In this document: one piece after another, positions 25,513 to 39,307 of the stretch
How positions within the stretch are numbered: position 1 is the stretch's first letter
Layout: every line of letters starts with the position of its first letter
Source: Anolis carolinensis
Lineage: Eukaryota
Assembly: GCF_035594765.1 (NCBI RefSeq)
Contig: NC_085846.1
Location: 13,999,190-14,063,189 of the forward strand
Length of the DNA: 64,000 nt
Direction: 5' to 3'
Position numbers and translations under genes: made by a program
The notes under the pieces: model-generated
The model's input: the letters and a program-made list of their open reading frames with translations, nothing else
The model's database searches: none
What the model was told of the DNA's origin: nothing

Positions 25513-25784
25513 TAGTTGTTACAGTCCAGAAACTTTGTTTTTCTGCCTGCCACAAATTATGTTGAATTTGTTGAGACTGTATGAGATATTCATTGGAAAA
25601 CTAAAGCAAAATGTGCTGCAAGATGTCCTATATGCAGAAACAGAGTTTTGGCAGTTTAATACACCTTTTCCATGTTTTTATGATAGAACCAACTGAAATT
25701 CGTAACCCAGGAACAAAAATCGTGCATAGCGTTATGGGAAAATTCAATCTGTCAAGAATAAGGAATGAGGAGGATTAGATAGAC

Positions 25785-25918
25785 CAGGCATGGGCAAACT
25801 CTGCCCCTCCAGGTGTTTTGGACTTCAACTCCCACAATTCCTAACAGCCTACCGGCTGTTAGGAATTGTGGAAGTTGAAGTCCAAAACACCTGGAGGGGC
25901 GAAGTTTGCCCATGCCTG
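25785..25918. mobile_element. Palindromic hAT-like MITE (short form)
   Basis: CAGGCATGGGCAAACT ... AGTTTGCCCATGCCTG. Confidence 0.85.
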
Positions 25919-26303
25919 AGACAAACATTTGTTTTTATCTGGAAGTGTGGCTATGCTTTCTGAATTGCCACTCCCAGAATTCCTCAGACACCATGTGTGC
26001 TTCTGAGACTATTTGATGTGGAGGACTGGCAACTATCTTTTTAAATGTACCAGGGACTGGCGTTGTCCTTGTTCCTATTTGAACTACAGTTGTTACTTTC
26101 CTAGAAATCCATCAGGACAACACCAGTCCAGGAGCAACTGCTCCAAGTAGCACCATACAAAAAAAAATCCTGATTTTTTTCACTCCAAAAAATTAATTTC
26201 TTCCCCCAATCTATTTTTTTAAAAAACAGAGAGACAACCTGAGTAAAACCAAGTGACAACCACTCTGTACGGCAACCTGAATTGAACCCTCTGTGCCCCT
26301 TGA

Positions 26304-26519
<216 letters not shown>

Positions 26520-27049
26520 TAGGATGACCAAGACCACCAATTCTCCATACTCTAGATCTCTCTCCCTCTAGATCTCCTTCCTCTGAAGTGCCCAGCAGTG
26601 TCTACAAGTAGATCCAGAGCTCCCTGCTTAAGAATACTCCAGCCTTAGGAGCCACTGCTGGGCAAGCATGCAGGCTCACACCTCATCTTAGAACTAGTTG
26701 TTTATATAGGCTACTATGTAATTATTAATTAGCTATGGATTGTTAATAGGTATTTGTACTAGTTACTTTCTTTGTTATTTTCTAAATAACTTTCTAACTG
26801 CAACATGTTACATTGTATCTTTATAGTGAGAGTAAATGTTGCTGTTTATGGCATGAGAGGTAGTTAGACTGAGGTAGAGATTCTGGGGATTTTAGTCCAA
26901 AACACAGTTCTGAATGGCTGAATCTGTGGATTCAGAATCCATGAATACAGAGGGCTGGCTGTGTAAGCCAGCCCTTCTGTGCCCACCCATCGCCGAAAGG
27001 AGCACACTGTCAGATTTCAACATCTCAGAAGTAATATCACATCTATTAT

Positions 27050-27317
27050 GGAGCCCCCGGTGGCCTAGGGGATAAAAGCCTTGTGACTTGAAGGTTGGGT
27101 TGCTGACCTGAAGGCTGCCAGGTTCGAATCCCACCCGGGGAGAGCGTGGATGAGCTCCCTCTATCAGCTCCAGCTCCATGCGGGGACATGAGAGAAGCCT
27201 CCCATAAGGATGGTAAAACATCAAAACATCTGGGCATCCCCTAGGCAACGTCCTTGCAGACGGCCAATTCTCTCACTCCAGAAGCAACTCTGGTTGCTCC
27301 TGACACGAAAAAAAAAA
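27050..27317 (+). mobile_element. Anolis SINE2-like SINE in intron
   Basis: 12-bp TSD ATCACATCTATT (27036-27047, 27317-27328), polyA tail. Confidence 0.85.
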
Positions 27318-27530
27318 TCACATCTATTGCTATTTTGGGCAATTTTCAGTCTTTTCTGAGTTTCCCCCGTGGGAAAAGCTGCATTTGAATCTACTTTTGG
27401 GTGATTTGAAAGTGAAAAATAAAAAAGTTGCATAAAAACCAGTACTACCCCCAAGCCTAGAAGCTTTCAGGGTCACACTTTGGTGTACCAATAGTTACAT
27501 GCAGCCTTTTAGCCACCCTTTACTGGTATA

Positions 27531-27859
27531 CAGTAGAGTCTTGCTTCTCCAACCTTCGCTTATCCAACGTTCTGGATTATCCAATGTAGTCTGCCTCCCA
27601 CCCGGATCCACAGCTGTTGCATTTCGCCCCTCCCAGTGAGCGCCCGGTGCATGGAGAGGCCCGGTGCACGTTGCTGCCTAGAGAAACAAACAGCACATTG
27701 CTGCCTAGAAAAAACATGATGTTTTGGTGCTTAATTTGTAAAATCATAATGTAATTTGACGTTTAATAGGCTTTTACTTAATCCCTCCTTATTATTCAAC
27801 ATTTTTGCTTTTCCAATGTTCTGCCAGTTGGTTTATGTTGGATAAGCGAGACTCTACTG
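27531..27859. mobile_element. Tigger/pogo-like MITE variant in intron
   Basis: TIRs and TA flanks. Confidence 0.7.
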
Positions 27860-27940
27860 TAGTTTGAAAAGTCATACACTCTGATCCACGTTCAGAGAAC
27901 CTCCCCAGATCTTCTCTGTCCTCCTTCCTTTCTTCCTCAG

Positions 27941-28427
27941 GAGCTTTTCAGATATTGAAGCAGCTACTCACCGCTTAGCCTCCTCCATCCTTTCCCAGGA
28001 AGCGTGTGTCCCTCCTGCCGCAATCCAGCAAAGAAGCCCCTCTCGGCCCCCGATGGTCCGACTGCCCTCCGCTGTCAGTTCCTTCTCAGGCATCGCGGAG
28101 GCATTCGTGGCTCCCGACCCGAGTCCCAGCTGGGCCTTGTCTCTCGATGCTTTGACCTCTGAGCCAGATGAACTTTTCGAACCCATCACCAGAGAGTCCA
28201 GCCTTGCAGGGGTCAACAGCTGGGAGCCTCTCAATCTCTATCCTTCAGGAGGATCCAGTTTAGTGGGATGGACATCACAACCCCATGCAGAACCTGCCTC
28301 TTGTATGGAGCCAAATGCTGGTCCTTCAACTGCAGTTGAATGCCTCATCCCTGCCTTGGATTCAGAAGCTTTTGTGACTTCGGGCCATGACAGCTACTTT
28401 CCTTTGTGGGACCTGGAAAGTTGGTGA
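27941..28427 (+). CDS. C19orf85: C19orf85-like protein, coding exon 2 (joined product 229 aa)
   Basis: Polypyrimidine tract + CAG acceptor at 27940; phase matches exon 1 giving R-SFSDIEAATHRLASSILSQEA, in frame with ORF 28053-28427. Confidence 0.8.
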
Positions 28428-28881
28428 CTTCCCAAAAGAGTTGCCAGCTTGGGATTTTGAAGGCCCTTGGGTTCCTAGGCCAAAACCTGAGACCTAAAGA
28501 CAAGCCCCTAGTGATATTATTAAACATTGTCCATTAAGTACCAACAAACATCGCTGATGAGACCTTGTCATTCAAACATGCAGAGAAAGAAAGGGAGAGA
28601 ACAAATGTGCAAACACCTACACAACATTAAAAGCTCAACTTTAGTCAGTTGGCAAAAACTTGATGGCACAAAATGTTTGGACCAGGAGAGTAAGGATGGG
28701 GCCACCATGGGAAGGAGTTCTAGCCTGGAAGCAGCCACAAAAGAGGCCCTACTTCTTATTTTCCCACCAAATGAACCTTAGAAGGCTTTGGACCATGGTG
28801 ATGATCTCTCCAGAAGATGGAATGAGGGTCATAGGGACCTTATGATGTTGTTGAATGACAGCTTCCATTCAGCTTCTGGGA

Positions 28882-29015
28882 CAGGCATGGGCAAACTTCG
28901 GTCCTCCAGGTGTTTTGGACTTCAACTCCCACAATTCCTAACAGCCGGAAGGCTGTTAGGAATTGTGGGAGTTGAAGTCCAAAACACCTGGAGGACCGAA
29001 GTTTGCCCATGCCTG
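28882..29015. mobile_element. Perfectly palindromic MITE in probable 3' UTR
   Basis: 65-bp perfect arms, GGAA loop; AATAAA at ~29087 downstream. Confidence 0.85.
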
Positions 29016-30039
29016 TACTAGAAGCTGTAATTCTGGAGGGTGTCATATTTCTACTCCTGGTTTAATTACTGGCAATAAGTGCTTTAAATAAAAAAGGATG
29101 CTTATTTTGGCCTACTTTTTGCCTTGCACTCCAGCCAAATCCCTACGAAATTGAATTTTTCCCTTTCCTGTTGTATTATCTTTATTTATTGGTTCCTAGG
29201 GGGAAATGCAGAACTAACTTTGGTGAAGTAGTGGAAAGCAAGGTTCACAACATTAGAGTGCTCCTGCAACCGTTGTTTCCCAGACTTCCTTGTTCCTTGT
29301 TATTTTAGCTGTATTTCTTACAGCAGCTGAAGGGAAAGGGAGTTAATTTTCCCAGTGAAATTACAGTATTGTCAGCTATCCATGCTGCAATACAATTTGG
29401 ATGTGACATGTGAAATTGAAAGTGCAATTGAAATCTATTAACTTTACAAAAGACCTGCACCTGGTAGACACAAACCTAGCAAGAATTGGCTTATTGGGAT
29501 GGATATCACTGACTGTGTTTTTGGACTCTCCTTTCAAGTAATAGTTATGGGGAATTTCATGGTGAATGCTTGCATTTCAAAATTTACCACTATACTGCTT
29601 TCTAGTGCTGTTTCTTATGCATTCTTCCACATTTAACTCCCTTTCCCCTATCCCTGGTTTAGCTTCCCTATTCTTTTTCCATTTCTTCCTTCCTTGTGAT
29701 GTGTTCAGTGGTTTCTACAAGAATTAAACACACATACCGCTATCAATGGCTTTGATTTAACTGTAGAATGAATTCCTTCCTTGTCTCCGATATATATATA
29801 TGTTGCTGTTCAAGTGATTGATTTTTATTGACAATATTATTTAAATGTAAATTATATTATTGTCAGAGAAGAGCAGTAATATATTCTTGCCCCCCACTTT
29901 ATCTGAGAATGTGTACTCTTGATGTGACTATTAAATGGTTGTTTCTTGCTGCCACCTAGTGAACTGTGCCATTATTATCCAGCTACGGTATTAACAATAT
30001 TCCCTGATTCTTGTGTAGAGAAATAAATGCCTTGTAGGT

Positions 30040-30337
30040 AAGGTAGGTAAAGGTTTTCCACTGACATTAAATCTAGTAGTGTCGACTGGGGATTGGTGCT
30101 CATCTCCATTTCTAAGCTGAAGAGCCACCGTTGTCCATAGACACCTCCAAGGTCATGTGGCCAGCATGACTGCATGGAGTGCCATTATCTTTCCACCAGA
30201 GCAGTACTTTTTGATCTACTCACATTTTCGAACTGCTAGGTTGGCAGAAGCTGGGGCTAACAGCAGAAACTCATCCTGCTCCCCGGATTCAAACCTCTAT
30301 GTTCAGTAGCTCAGCAGTTTAGCCCACTGCACCACCA
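30040..30337 (-). mobile_element. Sauria SINE
   Basis: Homology to 24224. Confidence 0.75.
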
Positions 30338-30488
30338 GTAGTGTATATTAAAAGGCTCTTGATGGAGGTAGCTATCTATAATCCATTAAATGAGGACCAG
30401 GCCAGGTGACATCAAGGATAAAGGTCAGGTTTCACCTGATTTTAATGTATACAATTAATGTTCTCAAACTAGCGAACATCACATTCAC

Positions 30489-30617
30489 TAACTTGAGAAA
30501 GACAGAATAAAATCTCCTGACCTAAGTCTGTAAGGAATTGTTTTTACCAGGGATGACTCAGTAACTTGAGAAAGATGGAATAAGATCTCCTGACCTAAGT
30601 CTTTTTACTAGGGATGA
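30489..30617. repeat. Imperfect two-copy tandem duplication
   Basis: TAACTTGAGAAAGA..CTCCTGACCTAAGTCT..TTTTTAC..GGGATGAC occurs twice. Confidence 0.75.
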
Positions 30618-30944
30618 CCCACGACATTTTGTTGTCTGAAGCACTGAAAAATAACAGTAGTCCCAAGACAATGCTCTCTTCTCCCAATTTACACACAGAA
30701 GTGGAATTGAAGCAGCTCTACTTCATCAGTGAAAAGACAGGGATCTTCAAGAAGGGTTGGTAAAAGAATGCTGAATTCACTCTTTGAAGGATCTGTCCAA
30801 GCTGCTGAGCCAATTGTGATTATATGCTTTTGGCACCTTCGATGGTTCTTTTTGATATTCAGACTAAAATCTGAAGCCAATGGACTACGCCAGTGATATA
30901 GAAGCAACCTGCTACCACTGATTCACTGCTACTAAGAACAGCAG

Positions 30945-31190
30945 ATCATAGAATGATAGCATCAGATGGAAGAGACCCCAAGGGCCACTCAATCCAAACC
31001 CATCCTGCCATGTAGAAGCACTCAATCAAAGCACTCTCAATAGATGGCCATCCAGCCTCTGCTTAAAAACCTCCAGAAAACAATTACACCATGTTCTGAG
31101 GCGGCAGCATATTCCACTGAATATCAGGAAGTTCTTCCTGACATTTAGGTGCTATTTGAATCCATTGCTCCATGTTCCTGTCTAGAGCAA
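30945..31190 (-). mobile_element. CR1 3' fragment
   Basis: ATCATAGAAT start, homology to 16070 in reverse. Confidence 0.6.
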
Positions 31191-31641
31191 CACAACAACT
31201 ACAGCAATATAAAGTCAGATTATATTGTTGCTATTGTTGTGTGCATTCAAGTCATTTCCCATTGATGGAGATCTTAAAGTGAACCTATCATAGTATTTTA
31301 TGATCCTAAGGTTGGATCTACACTGCCCTATATCCCAGGATCCGATCTAAGATTATGTACTTTGAACTGGATTGTATGAGTCTACACTGCCAGATAATCT
31401 GGGATAAGCAGATATTTTGGGGTGAGATCCTGGGCTATAGGGCAGTGTGGGCTTTATTTAGCAGATATATCCCAGTACAAAACATACTGTAGGACCAGAA
31501 TAAACCTGCCTTCCAGAAAAGGGAAAGGGTTGGGTTGGGTTCAACTGCCAGATGAACTAGTGATGATGGATTCTCTGCATCACCTGAGGCAACCAACCAA
31601 AAGATAGAGTTGGTTTCAATGGTTTAAAGGGAGAGATCTAC

Positions 31642-32370
31642 TCCCCTGTTTAAGGAGCTCCACTGGCTACCGATTATTTTCCGGTCCCAATTCAAGGTGC
31701 AGGTTCTTACCTATAAAACCCTAAATGGTTTGGGACCCGCCTACCTTTGTGACCGCATCTCCCGCTATGAACCCACTCGTCCTCTTCGTTCATCCGGTAG
31801 GGCACTTCTTTCGCTCCCACCACCATCCCAGGCTCGGTTGGCGGGGACGAGGGAGCAGGCATTTTCTATTGTTGCTCCCCGGATCTGGAATTCCCTTCCG
31901 GAGGAGATCCGGCAAGCACCCACCCTGGCTTCCTTCAAAAAGCTGCTTAAAACCTGGCTCTTCCGCTGCGCCTTTGGATAACCGAGCCCATAGCTATAGT
32001 AGTTGCACAGGCCACCTCTTTGACTTGAAACACTGCACTTTATTCCTCTGCCCCAAAGCATATTAGAATATCACATTGCGTTTTAGTTCTAGTGGTCCCT
32101 CCAGGCCATCCTCTCCTCCATCCCAGTGGTCTTTTTTCCCCCTCTTTCTTTGCAGATTCATGTTATTTGAGTGATTATATTCCTTCTGCTTATGTGATTG
32201 TTTTAGTCAATTGTTATGTTTTGTTTTTGTTTCTAATTCTTATAGAGTTTTAAAGTGTTTTCAGTGTTTTATTGTACAATGTTTTATGCTGATTTTATAT
32301 TGGAAACCGCTCTGAGTCCCTTTCGGGAGAGAGGGCGGTATACAAATAAACTTTTACTTACTTACTTACT
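31642..32370 (+). mobile_element. L2 LINE 3' portion
   Basis: LHWLP..FKVQVLTYKTLNGLGPAYL..APRIWNSLP..FKKLLKTWLF; 3' end GGCGGTATACAAATAAA + (TTAC)n. Confidence 0.85.
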
Positions 32371-32409
32371 TTAAAGCAGCCCTGGATCCATTAGGTTGGG
32401 AGACAAATT

Positions 32410-34030
32410 AGCCAAAACAAAAAAATAGAAATTTGAACTGAGTCTGGTTTCCAAGAAACATATATGGAATTTCTTCCTTCAGGTCCACAATAGTTTGAGC
32501 TCTAACAGTCATCAATGTGATGACCGTGACCCCGGCTTTCAAATTGATTTGAACCCGCAGCGGAGAGTTCCACAGATCCATCACCAAAAGGAACGGAGCG
32601 GGACCGCAGCAGACTATTATTAAAAGATCTTTTTTCTTCACCTTCCCCTTCCCTGAACTATGTAACAAACCCCCCAATAAAAGTAGCATTTATTTTAACA
32701 GTAACACTTTCTATCTGGTTATTTTGTGTCTTTCTCTGACTCCTTCCTTTGCATGCAATTTCTCTCTCTCTCTCTCTCACTAACCCGTCCGATCTTTAAA
32801 CCCTGGCGGAGGCTTCGCCCGCCATAGGTTAATACGGTGGGCGATACAAATTGGCTCATATCTTTGATAAAGATTCCTAAGCCTTTCTAAGGCTCCTGAC
32901 TCAAGGACCACCAACGGAACCAAAATCGGTCCAGTTCTCGGCACCTCATCAGCTGACTGTCAAACGGAACCGACTGCTCCTTTCAAGCCAGACTGCTCTC
33001 TTCCAGCCTTATCCCGGACTTTCCTCTCCCCGCGACCCGCGGGATGGTTTTAGGAGATCCCTGGTCCCTTTCTGTGAACTGGGGATGGGGGATCGCTCTC
33101 CCGCTGGGGAGACATAGTTCTCCAAGGACCTTCACCCTCTCTACAGCTGCCAGGAGGGCGCCTGGTCGGGCGCCCTCCACGTTTCATTTACACCTTCATA
33201 ATTTTATGAATGAGAAGAACACCCTTCCCCGGACCTACCCCTGAACTTATGAAATCCTATACTTCCAAAGACTGCAACCCACATGTACCTCTTCCCCATG
33301 CTATTTCTATGAATTCCTTCCACCACAGATGAACTCTTTTCCCAATGTATCCGTGAATTTTCATATTCTATGTACCTGGACACCCTCATGAATCACTGTT
33401 GTATGAATTTCTAATCGTTGGGCTAACTTCATGAATTGTGAAATCATGCTGCTAAAACTCCACTTTTATGAATTTCCATATTGGGTTCCCCAGATGTTGT
33501 GAACTTCGTTCTTATCAAATGTTTTCAAATTGTTTATATCATTCATGATTCCCCTTTATGCAATGTAACCCACCTCTATGGATTCTCCCTTACTTCCTTG
33601 AAATCTATCTATCTGCCTATATGTATTTGTACTCTTTGGGATCCCCGGAAAATATGTACTTTTCCCAGCTGGGTTTATATTCCAACTTTATTTTATTTTT
33701 CATTTTATTTCATATAATTGCCAAGTCATGAAATCAAATAGGGAATATTTCGAACTCAACTTGAACCCCAGAACCTGCCCCATTTTCTATGACCCAGGCT
33801 TACCTTCCCAAAAACAAAAGGTTAATCCGCTGCCGCTTAACCCAATCAAATTCAGATTGCATGGACAATATAGGGCTTGAGTCGCTGAATTCGGAGTATT
33901 TGACCTAAAGGTGATTCGCCCTCAAGGCAAACATTGTCATATCTCCTTCAAAAGGAAATCCAGGACACCTCAGGAAGGCGCCCTGCTGAGCCCATCACCA
34001 CCCATCCCTACTTCCACCTCTGACACCCCA
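32410..34030 (+). mobile_element. Probable degenerate endogenous retrovirus remnant (LTR-like part, leader, gag matrix-like relic)
   Basis: AATAAA then U5-like end ..GATACA ~32848; broken frame EFGVFDLKVIR (~33885) resembles gammaretroviral matrix; no TSD or clear PBS. Confidence 0.35.
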
Positions 34031-34039
34031 AGGCATATC

Positions 34040-34580
34040 TGAAATCTGTGTACGTGACAGGAACCCTTGATTGCTGTCATTAATCCCTTTAGAATTCGGC
34101 CGGGCAGGAATTAATCAGATCCTTCCTGCTCAGTCACTTCATTGTTTCAATAACTCCCGCCTTCTCCTCTCTGATTGGCCCGAGTGGGGACAAAAAGCAG
34201 CTCCCTATTGGGCCAGCAGAGCAAGGCGGGAAACGAAAGCCCGCCTCGTTCAACACTCTAGCCTATCCGCGATCAGATGGGCAGGGGAGTGGGGCGGGAA
34301 ATTCAAGGGGCTGTCAGACTGAAACATTGTATAAATATGGCTTTATTTTGGTTATATGGTACCCTAGTAGACTGAATGATCACTACTAGAGTCCTTTTCA
34401 GCTGAATCGCTCAATAAAGACTCCTTGGCGGATTTTCCTTCAACTTTGGCGGACCTTCTTCATTTCGGCTTCAGGTTGTATAGCGGCTCATATTTTCCTA
34501 TTGGCTCCGCCAAGGTCCGTTCTCTCAGGACCGGATTGGGACCCTCCTTAAGGGCCCGATCCCCTAAAGCGCAGTCGACA
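34040..34580 (+). mobile_element. LTR-like segment
   Basis: TG start/CA end candidates, ATTGG x2, GGCGGGAAA x2, TATAAATA 34330, AATAAA 34413. Confidence 0.5.
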
Positions 34581-34604
34581 ACAAATGTACCCTTTAAAAA
34601 TATT

Positions 34605-35105
34605 TTTATCTGTATCAGATTACACAGAGAAGCCATTGAAATCCACAACCATGTGGACAGTTTCAATAGAAAAGAGGAAGCCACGAAATTGAACAAAATC
34701 AGGCTAACAGTATTTTTAAAAAGTCAAAAATCTGGACAGTAAATAAAGAACAACAATCTGAAAACAGGGTAATGCAAGACAGGACACAATAAGGGCCAGC
34801 TAACACCTCCCAACAAAGGATTCCCCCAGGTAGGAAGCAGCTAGGTTCTGAAGCTGCAGGGCTATTCAATGCTAAACGAGCTGGCCAATGGCAACATTCA
34901 CACTTGCCTCAAGCAGACAATAATTCTTTCTCCCACCCTGGGCATTCCACAGAGATCTTCCACTTGCCTAGACCTCACAACCTCTGACCACCTGCCATAG
35001 ATGTGGACAAAACGTCAGAAGAGAATGCTTCTGGAACATGGCCGTACAGCCTGGAAAATTCACAGCAACCCAGTGATTCTGGTCATGAAAGCCTTTCACA
35101 AGACA
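34605..35105 (+). mobile_element. PLE 3' fragment with degenerate hammerhead
   Basis: RLHREAIEIHNHVDSFNRKEE (GIY-YIG C-terminus) then terminal repeat and tail. Confidence 0.8.
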
Positions 35106-35129
35106 TTGTAAGAATGTCGAGGACTAGGG

Positions 35130-35305
35130 GAAGAGGGCGGAGCCACGGCTGGCGCGCGCCGAAACCTGCTCAAATGGACCAATCAGGGCGTTGCTCCGCG
35201 CAATAAATAATAAGAGAGGCTAGAGAAGGGGGCGGGGCTAAGATTGGCGCGCGCGGAACGAGCTTTGAATGGGCCAATCAGGGAGCCGATGTGTTCTTAT
35301 AAATA
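35130..35305 (+). promoter_or_regulatory. H1 promoter: duplicated GC box / GGCGCGCG / CCAAT / TATA module
   Basis: GGGCGG 35135 and ~35230; CCAATCAGGG 35179 and 35274; TATAAATA 35298. Confidence 0.8.
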
Positions 35306-35392
35306 CCAGGCGGCGCAGCGCTGAGCCCTCAAAATAAACTTGACACCGTGATTCATTCTCTTTGCAGGAGAAACTCATCTATTGTGACCGCC

Positions 35393-36052
35393 ATGTCCGA
35401 GACGGCTCCCGAGGCTCCGGCGGAGGCGGCTCCTGCGGCCCCCGCAGCGAAGAAGGCCAAGAAGGCGGCGCCGAAGGCCAAGAAGCCGCGCAAGGCCTCC
35501 TCGGGCCCGAGCGTGACGGAGCTGCTGACCGAGGCGGTGGCGGCGTCCAAGGAGCGCAGCGGGGTCTCGCTGGCCGCGCTCAAGAAGGCGCTCTCGGCCG
35601 CGGGCTACGACGTGGAGCGGAACAACAGCCGCCTCAAGCTGGGCCTCAAGAGCCTCGTGGCCAAGGGCACGCTGGTCCAGACCAAGGGCACCGGCGCCTC
35701 GGGCTCCTTCAAGCTCAACAAGAAGCCTCCCGGGGACAGCAAGGCGGCGGCCAAGAGGAAGGCGCCCGCCAAGAGGCCCAGCGCGGCCGCCAAGAGGCCG
35801 GCAGGGGGCGCCCGCAAGAGCCCCAAGAAGCCCAAGGCCGCCGCCGCCGCGCCCAGGAAGAAGAGCCCCAAGAAGACCAAGGCCGCGCCGGCCAGGAAGT
35901 CCAAGGCCGCCGCCAAGAAGCCCGCCAAGAGCCCCAAGAAGACCAAGGCCCCCAGCAAGCCCAAGCCGAAGGCCAAGAGCCCCAAAGCCAAGCCCAGGCC
36001 GGCCAAGAGCCCCAAGGCCAAGAAGACCAAGGCGGCGCCCAAGAGAAAGTGA
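35393..36052 (+). CDS. H1: Histone H1, replication-dependent, 219 aa
   Basis: MSETAP start, globular domain [21 protein letters not shown], Lys/Ala/Pro CTD with SPK motifs. Confidence 0.97.
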   Translation: MSETAPEAPAEAAPAAPAAKKAKKAAPKAKKPRKASSGPSVTELLTEAVAASKERSGVSLAALKKALSAAGYDVERNNSRLKLGLKSLVAKGTLVQTKGTGASGSFKLNKKPPGDSKAAAKRKAPAKRPSAAAKRPAGGARKSPKKPKAAAAAPRKKSPKKTKAAPARKSKAAAKKPAKSPKKTKAPSKPKPKAKSPKAKPRPAKSPKAKKTKAAPKRK

Positions 36053-36081
36053 GCACACACACACCCCGCCGCCACCCCAAC

Positions 36082-36097
36082 GGCTCTTTTCAGAGCC
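36082..36097 (+). terminator. Histone 3' stem-loop (HDE AAAGAGCTG at ~36116)
   Basis: GGCTCTTTTCAGAGCC-ACCCA. Confidence 0.95.
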
Positions 36098-36915
36098 ACC
36101 CACACGCTCCACCCGAAAGAGCTGAGACACTCCCAAGTCCCAGGTGCAAATGGTGACGGAAGATGGCTCATCTGGTGTCCAAAACAAGACCTTTGTGTTT
36201 GGCTACTGAGCACAAAGAGCTTTTGTCATGTTTTGGACACCGGAAGGATTTTTGGCAATAGCCCATTTCCTAGAGAAGTAGTGTCTATCAGACCTCTGAA
36301 CAAACCTCAAGATTCTTGCTACAGATGCAGGCGAAACGCCAGGAAAGAATGCTACTGGAAGTCACAGTAACCCAGTGCCTGCATCCCTTGTTCAATATAG
36401 GCTGGATCGACACTGCCATATAATCCAGTTTCTAAATCCAGATTGTCTGGTTTTATCTGCTTTGAACTGGGTTATATGTTGTCTCCACACTGTCATACCA
36501 AGTTCAAAGCAGATCATTGGGATTCAGAAACTGGATGATACGGCAGTGTAGATGGGCCTTTAGATTCATAATTCCTCTTATATCAATTTATTTCCAAATG
36601 TTTGCTGAACCTTGGCGTGAGAAGGTGGAAAGTAAACAAAACCTATTGAAATCAAGTGATCGATAATCACGAGCCTGAACTCGGTACTTAATTTTCTTAA
36701 CTGACGTTAAGAGGGATTTAGTGACATTGCTTGAGCTGTCCTGGGAATCCTGTACATCGTAGTCCTACGATTTATTTATTTACTACATTTATATCCCGCC
36801 TTTCACACCCTGAAGGGGACTCAAGAGTGGCTTACAAATTGTATGTACATACAATATATTATTAGCACAGCACAATATTAGCATTATATATTACTGTATT
36901 GAACTATACTGCTAT

Positions 36916-37227
36916 AAAGGTAAAGGTTTCCCCTGGTGTTAAGTCCAGTCGTGTCTGACTCGGGGTTGGTGCTCATCTCCATTTCTAAGCCGAAGAGCCG
37001 ATGTTGTCTGTAGACATCTCCAAGGTCATGTAGCCGGCACGACTGCATAGAGCGCCGTTACCTTCCCGCCGGAGCGGTACCTATTGATCTACTCACATTG
37101 GCATGTTTTTGAACTGCTAGGTTGGCAGAAGCTGGAGCTAACAGCAGCCACTCACGCCACTCCCAGGGTTTGAACCTGTTACCTTTTGGTCTGCAAGTTC
37201 GGCAGCTCAGTGCTTTAACACACTTCG
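36916..37227 (-). mobile_element. Sauria SINE
   Basis: Homology to 24224. Confidence 0.8.
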
Positions 37228-37736
37228 CCTACTACTACTACTGCTATACTGTATTATTATTACTATTATTATTACTAATATTACATGTAATATATAATAA
37301 TTATATTGTATTATTAGTATTATATTGTATTACATCGTGTTATTAATATTATATGTATACGTATACATTATATTATTATATATTGGCCCCATAGCATCAG
37401 CTGGTGATGGAGGGAGGGGGCCTCCAACTGATGGCATAGGTGACAAGATGTCCAGCTGCATTAATTCTACAGGGACATGCATCCCTAATCTGATACTCAA
37501 GTGCTATGTCACGTTAGCCGAGTCAAGAAATTAACTATAGAAGTGCACTGTAGATGCACCCTAGGACCTGAGATCACGGTTCAAACGTTCATAGGACAAT
37601 GGGAAACACTGGGCAACATAGTATAGGTGTACTTGAAGGCACACAACAAGGATCTATTAACTGATTTCAATGTAGTAAAACCCAGACGCACCTTCAGACA
37701 CGGATTGGGTGTCCCAGCTCTTTTGGACGTTGTGCT

Positions 37737-37752
37737 GGCCCTGAAAAGAGCC
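37737..37752 (-). terminator. Histone 3' stem-loop of H3 copy 1
   Basis: GGCTCTTTTCAGGGCC on minus strand, then AGCAC, HDE AAAAGAGCTG. Confidence 0.9.
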
Positions 37753-37802
37753 TTTGGGTCGTTGTGAAAGGGGGGGGGGTGGAGCGGCATAACCTTGCGG
37801 TC

Positions 37803-39144
<1,342 letters not shown>

Positions 39145-39174
39145 GTTTAGGAAAGACATCTAAATCAACTCAAA

Positions 39175-39190
39175 GGCCCTTATCAGGGCC
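39175..39190 (+). terminator. Histone 3' stem-loop (variant loop TATC)
   Basis: GGCCCTTATCAGGGCC-GCCCA. Confidence 0.85.
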
Positions 39191-39307
39191 GCCCACACTT
39201 TCACCAAAAGAACTGAGGTTACTTAAGGAGGTGCCAGAAAAGATTTCTGAATTAATACAACTGAAGCTTTTATAGAATTTAGGGAAGATTGCAAGAAGTC
39301 TACATCT

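Noticed and set aside
30489-30617. Possible box C/D snoRNA pair
   Set aside because: No proper RUGAUGA/CUGA arrangement or terminal stem; simple tandem duplication
32849-32870. Possible primer-binding site after LTR-like end
   Set aside because: TGGCTCAT does not match a tRNA 3' end I can recognise
35348-35392. N-terminal extensions of histones and of the GPCR shown in the ORF track
   Set aside because: They start at GTG/TTG; canonical ATG starts used instead
35362-36213. Long alternative-frame and antisense ORFs over H1 (also 48415-49326)
   Set aside because: By-product of GC-rich, low-complexity H1 codons lacking stops; no independent homology
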